A stretch of DNA of 64,000 bases, taken from the NCBI GenBank assembly GCA_002811645.1, contig PDIP01000015.1, positions 27,753 to 91,752 of the forward strand. The letters are read 5' to 3'. The DNA comes from Corallochytrium limacisporum Hawaii. Its lineage: Eukaryota > Protista > Pluriformea. The translations under genes and the position numbers were made by a program. Shown one piece after another: positions 36,409 to 46,941 of this stretch. Below the pieces are notes generated by a model. That model made no database searches, was not told the origin of the DNA, and saw only the letters and a list, made by a program, of their open reading frames with translations. Positions within the stretch are counted from its first letter, which is position 1. Every line of letters starts with the position of its first letter.

Positions 36409-36773
36409 GGGGGGGGGGGAGGGAAGGAGAGAGAGAGGGGGGGGGGGGGAGTTGGGCTCCCGACCCTTTTCTTTTCCCCCCCCCCCCCCCACTTCCCCGT
36501 TCACAGAGCCGCAGTAGTGAAGTGGGGTTCTGGCAGGAGGTCCGAGAAGAGAATGGCCTGAGCNNNNNNNNNNNNNNNNNNNNNNNNNNNNNNNNNNNNN
36601 NNNNNNNNNNNNNNNGGGGGGGGGGGGGGAGAGAAGGAGAGGGAGAGGGGGGGGGAGGGAGTTGAGCTCCCGACCCTTTTCTTTTCCCCTCCCCCCCCCC
36701 ACTTCCCCGTTCACAGAGCCGCAGTAGTGAAGTGGGGTTCTGGCAGGAGGTCCGAGAAGAGAATGGCCTGAGC
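36409..36773. repeat. Near-identical ~155-nt direct copies flanking an assembly gap
   Basis: 36409-36563 and 36616-36773 share GCTCCCGACCCTTTTCTTTTCCCC...GAGAATGGCCTGAGC and differ mainly in G/C homopolymers. Confidence 0.7.
36564..36615. other. Assembly gap (52 N)
   Basis: Run of n characters. Confidence 1.
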
Positions 36774-37833
36774 GGCGAAAAGGTAGAGAGGGGAGGGGAG
36801 GAGAGGGGGGGAGGGAACGAGGCAACCAACCCGCGACTCGCACCGGAACAAAAACACTCGACTGTGCCGTCCCCGTTGCCGTGCTTTTTGGTTGTTTTTT
36901 AATTCTTCGGTGTTTTTCTTTTTATCTCCCGTGCGCCCGAGTGTATCTGGCCCTCTCTTTCGTTTGATGTGCGATAAGGGACACAGATGCATGCTGTACT
37001 TGGGCACGCCTCCGTCGTCGCAGCAGCAATACCGGGTCCATAGACCATCAACCAATGCCAAGCAAAGGGGGAACACACACCCACTCGTGCAGCAAACAAA
37101 GGCTGGAAACCCCAAAAGAACACGGGGAAAAGGAGCGTGGCAGAAAGGTCAAGACAATGAACATCGAGGGCGTTTGACTACCACACACGAAAAAGAGAGA
37201 TCAGACATGCACGCCATCACACCAGAGACCGATCGACGGAACGATAGGGATCATGGTGGTGGTGGCACCGCCGTTTGTTATTTTTTCTTCGTGCGCTTTG
37301 GGTTTCTATTTACCCATACTTACTTACCTCCTTCGTTTCGTAAGGGAGTTTCTTTCTTTCTTTCTTTCTTTTTTCTTTAATTCTTTTTTGTTGTGGGTGT
37401 GTTTTCAGGGTTCTGGGTTTTTACCTTTTTTTCTTTCTGTCTTTCTTGGGTTCTTGGTAGCAGACAACTGGTGTCTATTCGATTTACCCTGACGTTGGTT
37501 TCAGTACTGGCGCAAAGGAACGAAGAGAAGGGAAGAAGGAGGAAGAAGAGGCCCGGGGGGGGGGTGTCCCGCAGAGTCCGGACCGGAGTGACCTGCCCGA
37601 AGAAGGCAGGGGTGGGTGACTGGTATTGGCCGACGGTAGCTCGGGAGGACCGGGATGGGTGTATTCGATAGATTTTTATACAGCCTCCCTCGACCGGAAG
37701 AATAGGGGGCCTGTTGTTACACTGTCGCTGGTATGTTCACAGTTGGTTTTGTGTTTTTTCTTGTTGGGTTCGGTTTTTCCTTCTTGTTTGTAGTGGTTGT
37801 CACGCCGTTGAACTTTAACCAATTTTTTTTGAG

Positions 37834-37913
37834 CTCTCTCGCTGTCGCTGTCTCTCTCTCTCTCGCTGTCGCTGTCTCTCTCTCTCGCTGTCGCTGTCTC
37901 TCTCTCTCTCTCT
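37834..37913. repeat. Minisatellite: three copies of CTCTCTCGCTGTCGCTGT(CT)n
   Basis: Three tandem units with variable CT run length. Confidence 0.8.
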
Positions 37914-39076
37914 GTGTCCTTGCCGTCCGCGTGAACTGTGCGCTTCACGCCCGCTTGGGAGTCGGTTGCCGTGATGCAATCTTCCCCCGTTGTGCCATCC
38001 TATTTAATTCCCCTGTCCCCAACCCTGGCACTTGTCTATTCCTTTACTTCGTTCTTCAGGCCTTCGAATAACAATAGGGCCAAGAAAGATGGAGAGAAGA
38101 AGGGAACAAATCATAAACAAAACAAAAACAAAAAACACCAGCCAGAGCTGTGGCTGTTGAGTTTCGGGTCCGGCAAACCATCGGCCGTGGCTCCAGCTAC
38201 CAAACCTGGGAAGAATAGGGTTCCGGCTTGGCCCTTGTCCCGGTTGCCCTGCCGTTGATTGCGACGGCGGGAGCTTCCTTATATCTGTCGGATAAACAGT
38301 CCGCACTGATGATAAAGGGCAGCACTATCGACCATTGTGCCTGCCTGCCCACTTGGCCCGTCTACTGTATGGATATGGGAAATCCATGAAGCTTCATCTT
38401 GGTGGTTTTCACCCAGACCGAATCACAGGATCCCCATCCTAATGAACGTACTCGCATATTGTTCAAACAGACATCATCATCGCGATCACCAGAAACACAT
38501 CGTCAGGCTGGCGGTGGAACAGAGCGACGCCTTGGACACTGGTCAAGGGCGAACCGGGGGACAGATTGGGTACGGAATGAAATGTGATGTGGCACCTGCG
38601 GGCGGTGAAGTCAAAGTGCATGCAGGTACTGCTGATTGCCGGGGGCATCACAGTTCCCAAAGGATTCTTCTGTGACATGTGTCCTTGCAGGTGTCGGGAG
38701 TTTATCATTGAGGGAGGAAAATCTTTCCACGAAGGGAAGGCGACCGGGCGGTGATGATGTGACACTTTCCAAGAGCGGGACGGGTCTGCGTTAAACTGTT
38801 GCATCCTGCTACTTGCTTCACAAAAGGGGAAGGAATTGATGTCTTTGCATTTGGCCACGCCCTATGAAAACAAACTGCGCAGTGGCCACCAAAGAAAAAC
38901 TGGGAAGCAACAAACAGGAAAACAAAAAAAATACTGAAACCAGGAAACTGCGAGAGGGATTGGATTGTCAACTGGTGTTCCTACAGTTGATGATCGATCC
39001 AATAAGATACATTTCACCCTCTTTGCTAGTCCATACGATTGACCGCAACGAAGACATGGGCATCTCTCTAATCTTT

Positions 39077-41359
39077 TTACTTTGACATATTAGCCGTCAC
39101 CAATTCACGGTATGCCCTGGCAGCATTGTTGGGATCGCCACCTGTCTCTTGGCGGTACAGCGTGGCGTAGTGTTGGACCTCCCGTTGCTTCACCTTGATC
39201 TCGTCGCGACATCGGTCGCGGAGGTCTCGCAAGCGCTTGATCTGAATCTTCAGGTTGCTGTGGGCTTCCGTGGTTCGTGTGTGCAGTTCCTGCATCGCCC
39301 TAGATTGTGTCTGGACCTTGATTGCACACTGTAGCAGACAATGGAAGGTTGCCTTGCTCAGTTCGGAGTCTGTGACCGTCGTCTGTCCTCCGCTATCGCT
39401 GACCTTAACCGCGGTGTCGGGCAGCTCTCCCAATGGCTTCTCTCGTTTTTCATCCCCAGCCTTCGCCTGTTCCTCTTGCCAGCGTAAATGTGCTTCCCTC
39501 AGGGTTTCCCGCAGCATGGTGTCATTGAGGTATTTGGCCAGTTCTCTCTGTTGTTTGACCACGGTCACCCTTTGCTGCTCCAGTGCCTCAATCATGGGTC
39601 CTAGCATGCACATGACCGCTGCAACGTTGGAGTCTGAACTCATCCCCTGCTCCAAGATTAAAGGCTGGAGGCGCTCGTCATCAATTGCCCAACGCTCCCC
39701 AATGGCTGGTGGCTCCGATAGCTCCCGTGCCCTCTGTTTTTCTACCGTTGACTGGGAGCCACCAACTTGGTTCTTACCCTTGGACGTCGGCGGTGCAAGA
39801 CGGGTCCGCACACTTTTGGTGACGCCGGTCGTGAATCCGGTTGCAAAGCCGTAGACCTTGCCACCAAATTCTGTTGTGGTGGCGAGTGGTTGATTGGCAA
39901 ATTGCTGAACCGCCTTGCCTCCGGAAGCAAGCGGTTTCATTATTGACGCTGATGCACCAGCCCCAGCAACTCCCCCACCCCGGAGCACATCAAGAGTGAC
40001 CCACTGGGGCTTTGCAAACACAATCATGTACTCGAATTTCGCCGCAGCCTCATCAGTGGCACTCTGTTCCATATCCCTGTCGGTGACACCAAGTTCCTTC
40101 ACCTGGCTCACTTGCCGTTCTCGGATGCCTTGCAGCTTCGCGTCCGCAGCGAGAAACCGTTGACAAGCAGACAGGCCTTGAGACAACAGCTGCTGACCAC
40201 CTGAGTCCTTCACGGAAACCCCTTGTGGTAGTCCAGCGTAGAGGAACACAAGCGGCAAACGTTGTTGGCGACCCACGACCATACAGGACATGAGCAAAGA
40301 CTGCAATGTCTGCGCCGTCCGCTTCTGCTGAAGAGTTGGTTCCAAGTTGATGGGTGCTGGCGTGCCTGACGACCCATCGTCCTGTGGTGTCGATGTTCCG
40401 TCAGACGTTTGGGCTGCTTCGGAAGAGGAAGCACTCTTTCTCTCCTGGGGGGTATCCGGCGGTAAGAGTTTGCCTTTGCTGGAGCTTCGCCGCAAGAACG
40501 ACGTAAACGAAGACACTCCGGATCCGATGGCCTTTCCCAACTTGTCCAGGTCTTTCGCAATCTTTTGCTGGTCCACTTTGCCGATCAGTCCCGACTGTGG
40601 AGTGGAAATGATGGCATCAAGCAAGTACCGCAATCCAAGTGTGCCCGTCACCTCCCCGTCGATGAGATGGACATATGACGCCGGGTCTCTAGTCGAAGCG
40701 TCGTCAACACTGTCTTCTGTGGAATACGCAAAGGTGAGAACCATCGGAAAGGCTTCTTCGTTGGTGCCATTTTCCTCTTTCTTCTGTTCCATGACCGACG
40801 TTAAGCGTTGCTGAGCAAACCGCAGCAAGCCCAAAAGTCCTACAATCGAGTTGACATCCCTCTGCTCCACGTTCACCACGGATAGGACCATGTACTGGTT
40901 TGGCATCATCTCTAAAGTCTGAATGGCCGTCAAATCAGAGTCGTCTTCATTCAGTAGGTCGATAGTGCGCCCATCATCAGCAATTGCATAACAGCTACAT
41001 GTGAGTGTTCCGGATCCCCGCTCCCCGACTACGCGCAATAGGGCCCGCGCCACTGTGATGGTCAAACCATCACCAATGATGGATGCAATATGTGCCGCTG
41101 GGTCTTCATCTTCAACAGTGTCAGCCGCAAACGCCCGTTCCAGAGCACCGTCGAGGTTCCCCGATAGGGTTACACCGCAGCCCAAAACCACTGTGTCTCG
41201 GCGCTCTTCAACCAATGCATTGGCAGCTTGTTGGCTCAGAGTTTGCCAACTGTGTACGAGTTGATAGTCTGTGTGAGCGAAAACCACACCACTCTCAATT
41301 TTACCTCTGCTAGGTTTTGGACAGGCGGCGATCAGCTGACACCGTTGTTCCAACGACAT
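39077..41359 (-). CDS. Uncharacterised 760-aa protein: degenerate kinesin-motor-like N-terminus plus C-terminal coiled coil
   Basis: Long intact ORF. Colinear remnants of kinesin motifs: VVLGCGVTLSGNL, GLTITVARALL, TCSCYAIADDGRTIDLLN, SYVHLIDG, LQSLLMSCMVVG, LSQGLSACQRF. Confidence 0.7.
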   Translation of the reverse strand: MSLEQRCQLIAACPKPSRGKIESGVVFAHTDYQLVHSWQTLSQQAANALVEERRDTVVLGCGVTLSGNLDGALERAFAADTVEDEDPAAHIASIIGDGLTITVARALLRVVGERGSGTLTCSCYAIADDGRTIDLLNEDDSDLTAIQTLEMMPNQYMVLSVVNVEQRDVNSIVGLLGLLRFAQQRLTSVMEQKKEENGTNEEAFPMVLTFAYSTEDSVDDASTRDPASYVHLIDGEVTGTLGLRYLLDAIISTPQSGLIGKVDQQKIAKDLDKLGKAIGSGVSSFTSFLRRSSSKGKLLPPDTPQERKSASSSEAAQTSDGTSTPQDDGSSGTPAPINLEPTLQQKRTAQTLQSLLMSCMVVGRQQRLPLVFLYAGLPQGVSVKDSGGQQLLSQGLSACQRFLAADAKLQGIRERQVSQVKELGVTDRDMEQSATDEAAAKFEYMIVFAKPQWVTLDVLRGGGVAGAGASASIMKPLASGGKAVQQFANQPLATTTEFGGKVYGFATGFTTGVTKSVRTRLAPPTSKGKNQVGGSQSTVEKQRARELSEPPAIGERWAIDDERLQPLILEQGMSSDSNVAAVMCMLGPMIEALEQQRVTVVKQQRELAKYLNDTMLRETLREAHLRWQEEQAKAGDEKREKPLGELPDTAVKVSDSGGQTTVTDSELSKATFHCLLQCAIKVQTQSRAMQELHTRTTEAHSNLKIQIKRLRDLRDRCRDEIKVKQREVQHYATLYRQETGGDPNNAARAYRELVTANMSK

Positions 41360-41975
41360 GGTTGTAGTCCAAAAGAGTTGTCCTTTACGTTTCTGTTATC
41401 ACATGATTCCCAATGTCATCTGCGCGCATCTCTAGTCTACATGAGCACAACCATGTGTGAACGTCAGTCATCGGAGCAACTGATGTTGAACACAAGTACC
41501 ACCACAAAAAGAAGACACACATCAGAACGTAACCGCTTCTGATCCTTGTCCTCTGGAAACCATTCCACCGCTTCTGTTTTCGCTCCACTGCCCGCCTTGG
41601 GTTACTGCGGCTGTTTTGTCGTGTACCTCCAGACAACCAACCACCCTACCGCCCCCATACCGCCGCCGTGCAGATGTTCTGAGTACCGGATACAATGCAG
41701 ATTGGCACCTTTGGAGAGCTAGCTCTCCGGGACTTTTGGCCAGGGCGGGAGTGTTACTCCGGGGAGGGACGGGTGGCCCAGCGAAAAAGGGGGAGGGGGC
41801 CGGAGGGAACGCAAGCCAAATGCGAGACACAAGGGTCAATTCACCGATGCAGACCCTGGTTCCCGGATCTGGTGTGGTTGGTAGTTTCCCAAGCACAAGT
41901 CTTCACATCTTGGATCACACGAATGTAGAAGTATATCTATTACACATTTTTGCTGCACCCAAAAGGGTGGACAAA

Positions 41976-42971
41976 CTACTTGCAAGTGGTGCCGCTACTG
42001 GGACCGCTGTACAGTTTATCCGTCTGGAGCCAAAGTTCAGGTCGATGCGTGTCAAACAGCCCAAGCTCATCAAACCTGTCATTCCAATGGCGTAAGATGC
42101 CTTGTGTGTGGGCAGCTCCAAATACACCGACGACTAATTTGCTACGGCCTTCCTCCGAGGGCATCCACCCTTCCGCAGAGCCGCGTAGGGCGGACACAAA
42201 ACACAGGTCCCGCTCGTGCACAAAGCTTAGTTGGGATGGCAAATGGTTTGGGAACATGACACCTCCACTTACGCGCACTGCGTCATGGCCATCCTTGTAA
42301 GACTTGGAGGTAGTCGACTGCGACTCTAGTGTGTCAATGTTCATCACCAGTCGAGCCATAACTTGAAACCGCTGCCACCAAGGCATGCGAGTCAGCCACC
42401 GTGACAAAGTGATGTTCCACGGTCGATCGGCAGGCATTACCACCACTCCCAGCTTGGCCGCCTCCTGCTCCGCGATCCGAATTTCTCGCATGTATGCACC
42501 CCCGGCAGGGCTACTCAGCCGCCTGCCGTACATTTCAACAAAGCCCTGGATTAAATCTCCTTTGCTTAAGGCCGCCTTGACCTTGGCATAATCCGGCGGT
42601 AACTGGCGGTTGCGCGCGTACTCTTTGCTGGACTGAGATGACTCCACCACAACCAGATCAGGCTCCACTGCTTCAATCGTCTTTCGTACATCCTCGTACG
42701 ACTCCTCCGTACCATGCACTGTACCAACTAAGTAAAATTCGCACACTCCATCGGAGATGCGTGTAACACTCTGCGGCAGGAGCGCACCGGAGCGGGTCCG
42801 CGGTGTCAAGAACTCCTCGAGGGCTGAGCTCGGTTTCCCCCGCGCCTGTTCTGAATTGCTCCGTGCTTTTGTCAGTGTGGACAAGAACACCACATCCTGT
42901 CGAACCAAATGCTGTCCGCGCAAGAGCTGTCGGCACCGTCCCAGTTTCGTCGATCTGGTTCGGCGGAACAT
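41976..42971 (-). CDS. TraB/PrgY-domain protein (TRABD-like)
   Basis: YLVGTVH, PDLVVVE, ADRPWNITLSR, VHERD, VVGVFGAAHTQGI. First ATG at 42971 gives an Arg-rich N-terminus resembling a mitochondrial presequence. Confidence 0.85.
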   Translation of the reverse strand: MFRRTRSTKLGRCRQLLRGQHLVRQDVVFLSTLTKARSNSEQARGKPSSALEEFLTPRTRSGALLPQSVTRISDGVCEFYLVGTVHGTEESYEDVRKTIEAVEPDLVVVESSQSSKEYARNRQLPPDYAKVKAALSKGDLIQGFVEMYGRRLSSPAGGAYMREIRIAEQEAAKLGVVVMPADRPWNITLSRWLTRMPWWQRFQVMARLVMNIDTLESQSTTSKSYKDGHDAVRVSGGVMFPNHLPSQLSFVHERDLCFVSALRGSAEGWMPSEEGRSKLVVGVFGAAHTQGILRHWNDRFDELGLFDTHRPELWLQTDKLYSGPSSGTTCK

Positions 42972-43274
42972 GCTAGTGTAGCAAAAGCGTTCCCCTCCAG
43001 TGGTTACGTCATGCGGTTCGATGCGAGGTCCATCCAGAGTCTCAAGACCTCTGGTAGTGGCTCTGTGTTCGCTTTCCTGCACATGATGAAGTTTTAGGTT
43101 GCCGTCAGAAAATACCAATGAACATCACTCAGCAAAGGATAGCAAGTGATGGACGGCCAGCAAACCCTCCAAGCTCGTCAGTACTCATCCCGGCCCGGCG
43201 TACTGACGGCCCGAGACCCACCGCGGAGTTGCTTCGGAAGGGGAGGAAAAGGGTCCCCACCCCTCCCCCTTCTG

Positions 43275-43301
43275 CCTCCCCGGGGAGGGACCCCCCGGGG
43301 G
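43275..43301. promoter_or_regulatory. Palindromes CCTCCCCGGGGAGG and C6G5 at the centre of the TRABD/Ctr divergent promoter
   Basis: Perfect 14-bp palindrome at 43275-43288 and C6G5 at 43291-43301, near the intergenic midpoint (~43323). Confidence 0.5.
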
Positions 43302-43675
43302 AAGCAACCGGAGCGATTTCTCTCACCATTCGTTCCTTCTCCTTCCTTGGCCGTCGGTTGCAGAAAAAAAATTTTGGGCCCGCTCATCTCCTGTCTGTTC
43401 GGTAGTGAAAGGAAACCAACCGGGGATGAAAAGGGAAAAGAAGGGAAGGGTCTTGAACGTTGGGCCACCCACGCCTGGGCCCCCCTTCCCGACTGGCTCG
43501 CTACCCGGTGCGGATCGCTGGTTGGCGGCTGGCTGCGTGTGTCCTGTCGGAAAAGTACTGAGTTGCGCAGTCACCGGGTTTAATCTACTTCAAGCTAGAG
43601 ATCAGGCATAACCTCTTCTAAGCCTGGGCGGCCGAACATGACATATTCCGTGCCAACACCGTATCGGGAACAAAC

Positions 43676-44926
43676 ATGAGGCGACTATTATTCCTGCTGC
43701 TGCTGAGCCTGGTGGCAATGGTAGGCTCAACATCCAGTTTAGTGGCGGCTCGGGAAGTTGAAGCACATGATGGTGGTCATAACCACCACAATCATGATAT
43801 GGTAATTGGACGAGACCACAAAGATGCTGAGCATGATGTAGCCTGTCCAGTGTGCGGAATGAGCGTAGACCCGCAGGCGGAAGGGGTTCCGACGTATGAA
43901 TTTAAAGATGGCCAGAAGCTATACTTCTGTCCCATGGGACATGACATCACGTTCGCGCATAATCCAGTTGCGTACGTGGATACTGTGAAGGGTGGGAGGA
44001 AAGAAGATGAGAAAATGACTGCAGAAACGTTGATGAACAAGGACGAGAAATATCACTGTCCAGTAACGGGACTTCCCGTGCCTGGAGACCGCAACCCCCG
44101 CGTTGTCTTCATGCATGGACAGAGTATCAAAACGGCGGACAGAGAAGCTGCATGGAGCTTGGCCACGTCTCCAGAACATTTCAAAAAGGACAAAACGGTG
44201 CATGATAAATGTGGCACCAAATCTACTCGATTCTGCCAGGGCGGTGGAACAGTCATGGCAAACGGATTCAGTCTGCCTTCGTATTTTGGGGGCGAGGCAG
44301 ACCCTTGCATTACTTTCCTAATCGATGGTCTGGTGCTTAATACTGCCGCAAAGTATGGAGGTGGCCTGGCATGCGCCTTCGTGCTGTCCTTCCTGCAATC
44401 TTTCTTTGGATTGGCGAATCGGATTGTGCATATGTCGCACCAAGCTCAGTCTGCGCAGCAGAAAAGTAGCCGTAAATCGGGCTCAGATACTGCCAAGCGC
44501 CCTACACTCACCGGCAACGGGTGCTGCGATGACAACGAGGGCCATTCGGAGCAAGAGCAGAGTGCTCTCCTCGGAGCTGACGAGACTCAGCAGGAGGAGA
44601 GGCCCGCGCGCCCGTCCCAAGCGTGCTCAGGTCTAACTGGAGAGACACCCCTGTGGCTGCACGCAAGCGACACAGTTCTGACAGTGCTTGGGCTGCTTGT
44701 GGGGTATGTTATGATGCTCTTGGTCATGACGTACGATGCGGGACTCTTCATCTTTGTACTCTTGGGCTATGGGTGCGGGTTCCTGACCACAAAAATGGCG
44801 GAGGCACAGAAGCGTCGCAAACAGCGCGAGGAGATGATGCTGTCGGAGATCAATGAAGCTTTCAATGGGCTTAGTGTTGATGACTGTGCAGAAGCCGACT
44901 GCCCTGACCCATGTTGTCCGAGATGA
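43676..44926 (+). CDS. Ctr (SLC31) copper transporter with signal peptide, His-rich segment and two YHS/TRASH-like domains
   Basis: TM2 motif YVMMLLVMTYD (MxxxM), TM3 GYGCG (GxxxG); N-terminal CPVCGMSVDP...LYFCPMGH and CPVTGLPV; Cys-rich tail DCPDPCC. Confidence 0.85.
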   Translation: MRRLLFLLLLSLVAMVGSTSSLVAAREVEAHDGGHNHHNHDMVIGRDHKDAEHDVACPVCGMSVDPQAEGVPTYEFKDGQKLYFCPMGHDITFAHNPVAYVDTVKGGRKEDEKMTAETLMNKDEKYHCPVTGLPVPGDRNPRVVFMHGQSIKTADREAAWSLATSPEHFKKDKTVHDKCGTKSTRFCQGGGTVMANGFSLPSYFGGEADPCITFLIDGLVLNTAAKYGGGLACAFVLSFLQSFFGLANRIVHMSHQAQSAQQKSSRKSGSDTAKRPTLTGNGCCDDNEGHSEQEQSALLGADETQQEERPARPSQACSGLTGETPLWLHASDTVLTVLGLLVGYVMMLLVMTYDAGLFIFVLLGYGCGFLTTKMAEAQKRRKQREEMMLSEINEAFNGLSVDDCAEADCPDPCCPR

Positions 44927-44996
44927 TCAGGCAAATACCACTTTCTATTAATAACATATCATGTAAAATTTCTATTGCGACACTATATTACAATTG

Positions 44997-46586
44997 TCAA
45001 TCCATGGCGACCTTTCCGCTGCCACCTGTAAAGAGGTCTTGGAAATTTGCCCAGAAGCCTTCCTTCAAGAACGGATTGTGAAACTTCTTTCTAGGGTATC
45101 CGGTCTGAGTGACACCGTCGGGGCGCCAGAAGTGCGGGTAGCGGTGAAAATTGTACCGCTCATTCAAGGTCATGTTAATTTTGATGCCAAGATACTGTTC
45201 GTAAGACATGGTGAGGAACCAGATCCATACCACAACGTTCACTAGCATATCGAATATCATGTTCCACCTACTGAACAGTGCCCACTCAACTGGAGTATTC
45301 TCTTCCCGACTGATGATCTGGGCAGTGACTAGAACAGAGTACATCACAATTACATGTCCGACGAGCTCAACATACAAGAACAATATGAAAGGTAAATGGT
45401 TTCCGATCCCAACACAGTTCCTTGTCATTGTACAATGATGATCCATGCGGTAGACACAGTGTCCACAGACCTTGCAATGCTTAGACCGTATTGGGCGGCG
45501 AATTTTGCAGGTGCTGCACCATCTACTCTCCACCCGTCCAAAGCCGACCATTTGCCGCTGCAGCGAATCAGAAACCCCATGCTGTCCTTCTTGTGCATCG
45601 TCAGACAAAGGTATCCGACTGATGCCTTCGTCTTGCGGACAGACGTAGCCTGGGTCAGCCACGTTCAAATAGACGAACATGACGGCTAAGAGAGGCAGTA
45701 AAATATTGATTACTAGACAGAGCATCGGATGAGTGCCGCCGATGCGGGCCCACGACTCTGTTACCCAAGTGTACACCGTAATGATGAAGCCCAATGTCCA
45801 TACAGCTGGCATTAGTTTCATTGACAATGGTTCCGAGTTTGATTTTGGTTGATGGTGCTCTTGAATGTACCTACACAGTTTGTGTCCCGTACCGGTTTGT
45901 CCCAGGATGCCATCCGTTGCGAGCATCTGTACCGTTCTGCCTTTGGCATCAGCCACTTCGCAGTCTGCACCAAGATCGACCAATGCAAGGGCACAATTGG
46001 ATCGGCCAAGCTCAGTGGCCAGCAAGAGTGGGGTACGACGTTCAGTGTCTCGCGCCTCCAGGCTTGCCCCAAACCGTGCCATCAATCGCACTAGCCTCTC
46101 CTGCGATCGGGACACCGCGTGGTGTACGGGAGTGAACCCTCTGGTGTCAACAGTCGTGAGATCAGCCCCCTTAGTGATAAGCTCCTCTGCTACTCTCTCA
46201 GCATTATTAGCAAGGGCAATGAGCAACAGACTTTCCCCATCATTGTTGACGACCCGGTCATTGGCTTGATATCGCTTGATCATGTGCGTGACTGTCTCGG
46301 CGTGGTCTGACTTTGCTGCCCACATTAACGGTGTTTGTCCTCCTTCCGTCTTGGCCTCGAGGACTAACGACCTCTGTGTATTCTCTGTGACGCTACCCAA
46401 AAGCACATCAATGGCGGCAACCTTCCCCTTGCCCGCGGCAAAGTGCAGCGCTGTCTCACCGAATCGGGTCTTGTGGCGTGCAAGCAGGGCTACTTGATCC
46501 TGAGGCAGCAGCAGAAGAGCATTCGCGTTTCCTGAACGTAAGCCATCAAGCGCCTCATCAAGGTGACCAGGAAGCGGCTGTGTCAT
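44997..46586 (-). CDS. Ankyrin-repeat DHHC palmitoyltransferase (Akr1/ZDHHC17-like)
   Basis: Ankyrin repeats GETALHFAA, GQTPLMWAA, GFTPVHHAV, RRTPLLLA; DPG motif; CSTCKIRRPIRSKHC..C.HCVYRMDHHC....NCVG; NMTLNE; NPF. Confidence 0.95.
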   Translation of the reverse strand: MTQPLPGHLDEALDGLRSGNANALLLLPQDQVALLARHKTRFGETALHFAAGKGKVAAIDVLLGSVTENTQRSLVLEAKTEGGQTPLMWAAKSDHAETVTHMIKRYQANDRVVNNDGESLLLIALANNAERVAEELITKGADLTTVDTRGFTPVHHAVSRSQERLVRLMARFGASLEARDTERRTPLLLATELGRSNCALALVDLGADCEVADAKGRTVQMLATDGILGQTGTGHKLCRYIQEHHQPKSNSEPLSMKLMPAVWTLGFIITVYTWVTESWARIGGTHPMLCLVINILLPLLAVMFVYLNVADPGYVCPQDEGISRIPLSDDAQEGQHGVSDSLQRQMVGFGRVESRWCSTCKIRRPIRSKHCKVCGHCVYRMDHHCTMTRNCVGIGNHLPFILFLYVELVGHVIVMYSVLVTAQIISREENTPVEWALFSRWNMIFDMLVNVVVWIWFLTMSYEQYLGIKINMTLNERYNFHRYPHFWRPDGVTQTGYPRKKFHNPFLKEGFWANFQDLFTGGSGKVAMD

Positions 46587-46910
46587 ATTTGTCTAGGGTA
46601 ACTGGAGTGACAAACTGATACTTTTACTTGTTCCATCGACCCTGACCTACACAACGGATCCGCTTCCCTATTCTACTTATTGCGATGAGCGGGTTAGGAA
46701 CAAACAAAATCCGTTCCGACGGTGATCAATACACGATCAATTTAACATATCCGAATGATTGAAAATGATCCATACACAGGAACGCACCGCGTATGTCATG
46801 TTGAACGATCGCTTCTAAATACTTTGGTAAGGCTCATCCGTACGGCAGGGTCTTTTTACCGATCGCACCAGCCAGAGCCGGCTCCCATTACCCCCACCCG
46901 TCAGGACAAA

Positions 46911-46941
46911 CCCCGGCCCCCCCCCTGGGGGTAGGGGCGGG
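46911..46941. promoter_or_regulatory. C9-T-G5 element upstream of the DHHC gene
   Basis: CCCCGG-C9-T-G5-TAGGGGCGGG, about 335 nt upstream of the ATG. Confidence 0.35.

Noticed and set aside
36409-36773. Direct repeats as LTRs or a real tandem duplication
   Set aside because: They sit on either side of an N gap and differ mostly in homopolymers, typical of unmerged contig ends.
43176-43560. GTAC copper-response elements upstream of the Ctr gene
   Set aside because: Only about three copies, GTAC is denser at unrelated promoters, and the GTAC CuRE system is known from the green lineage.
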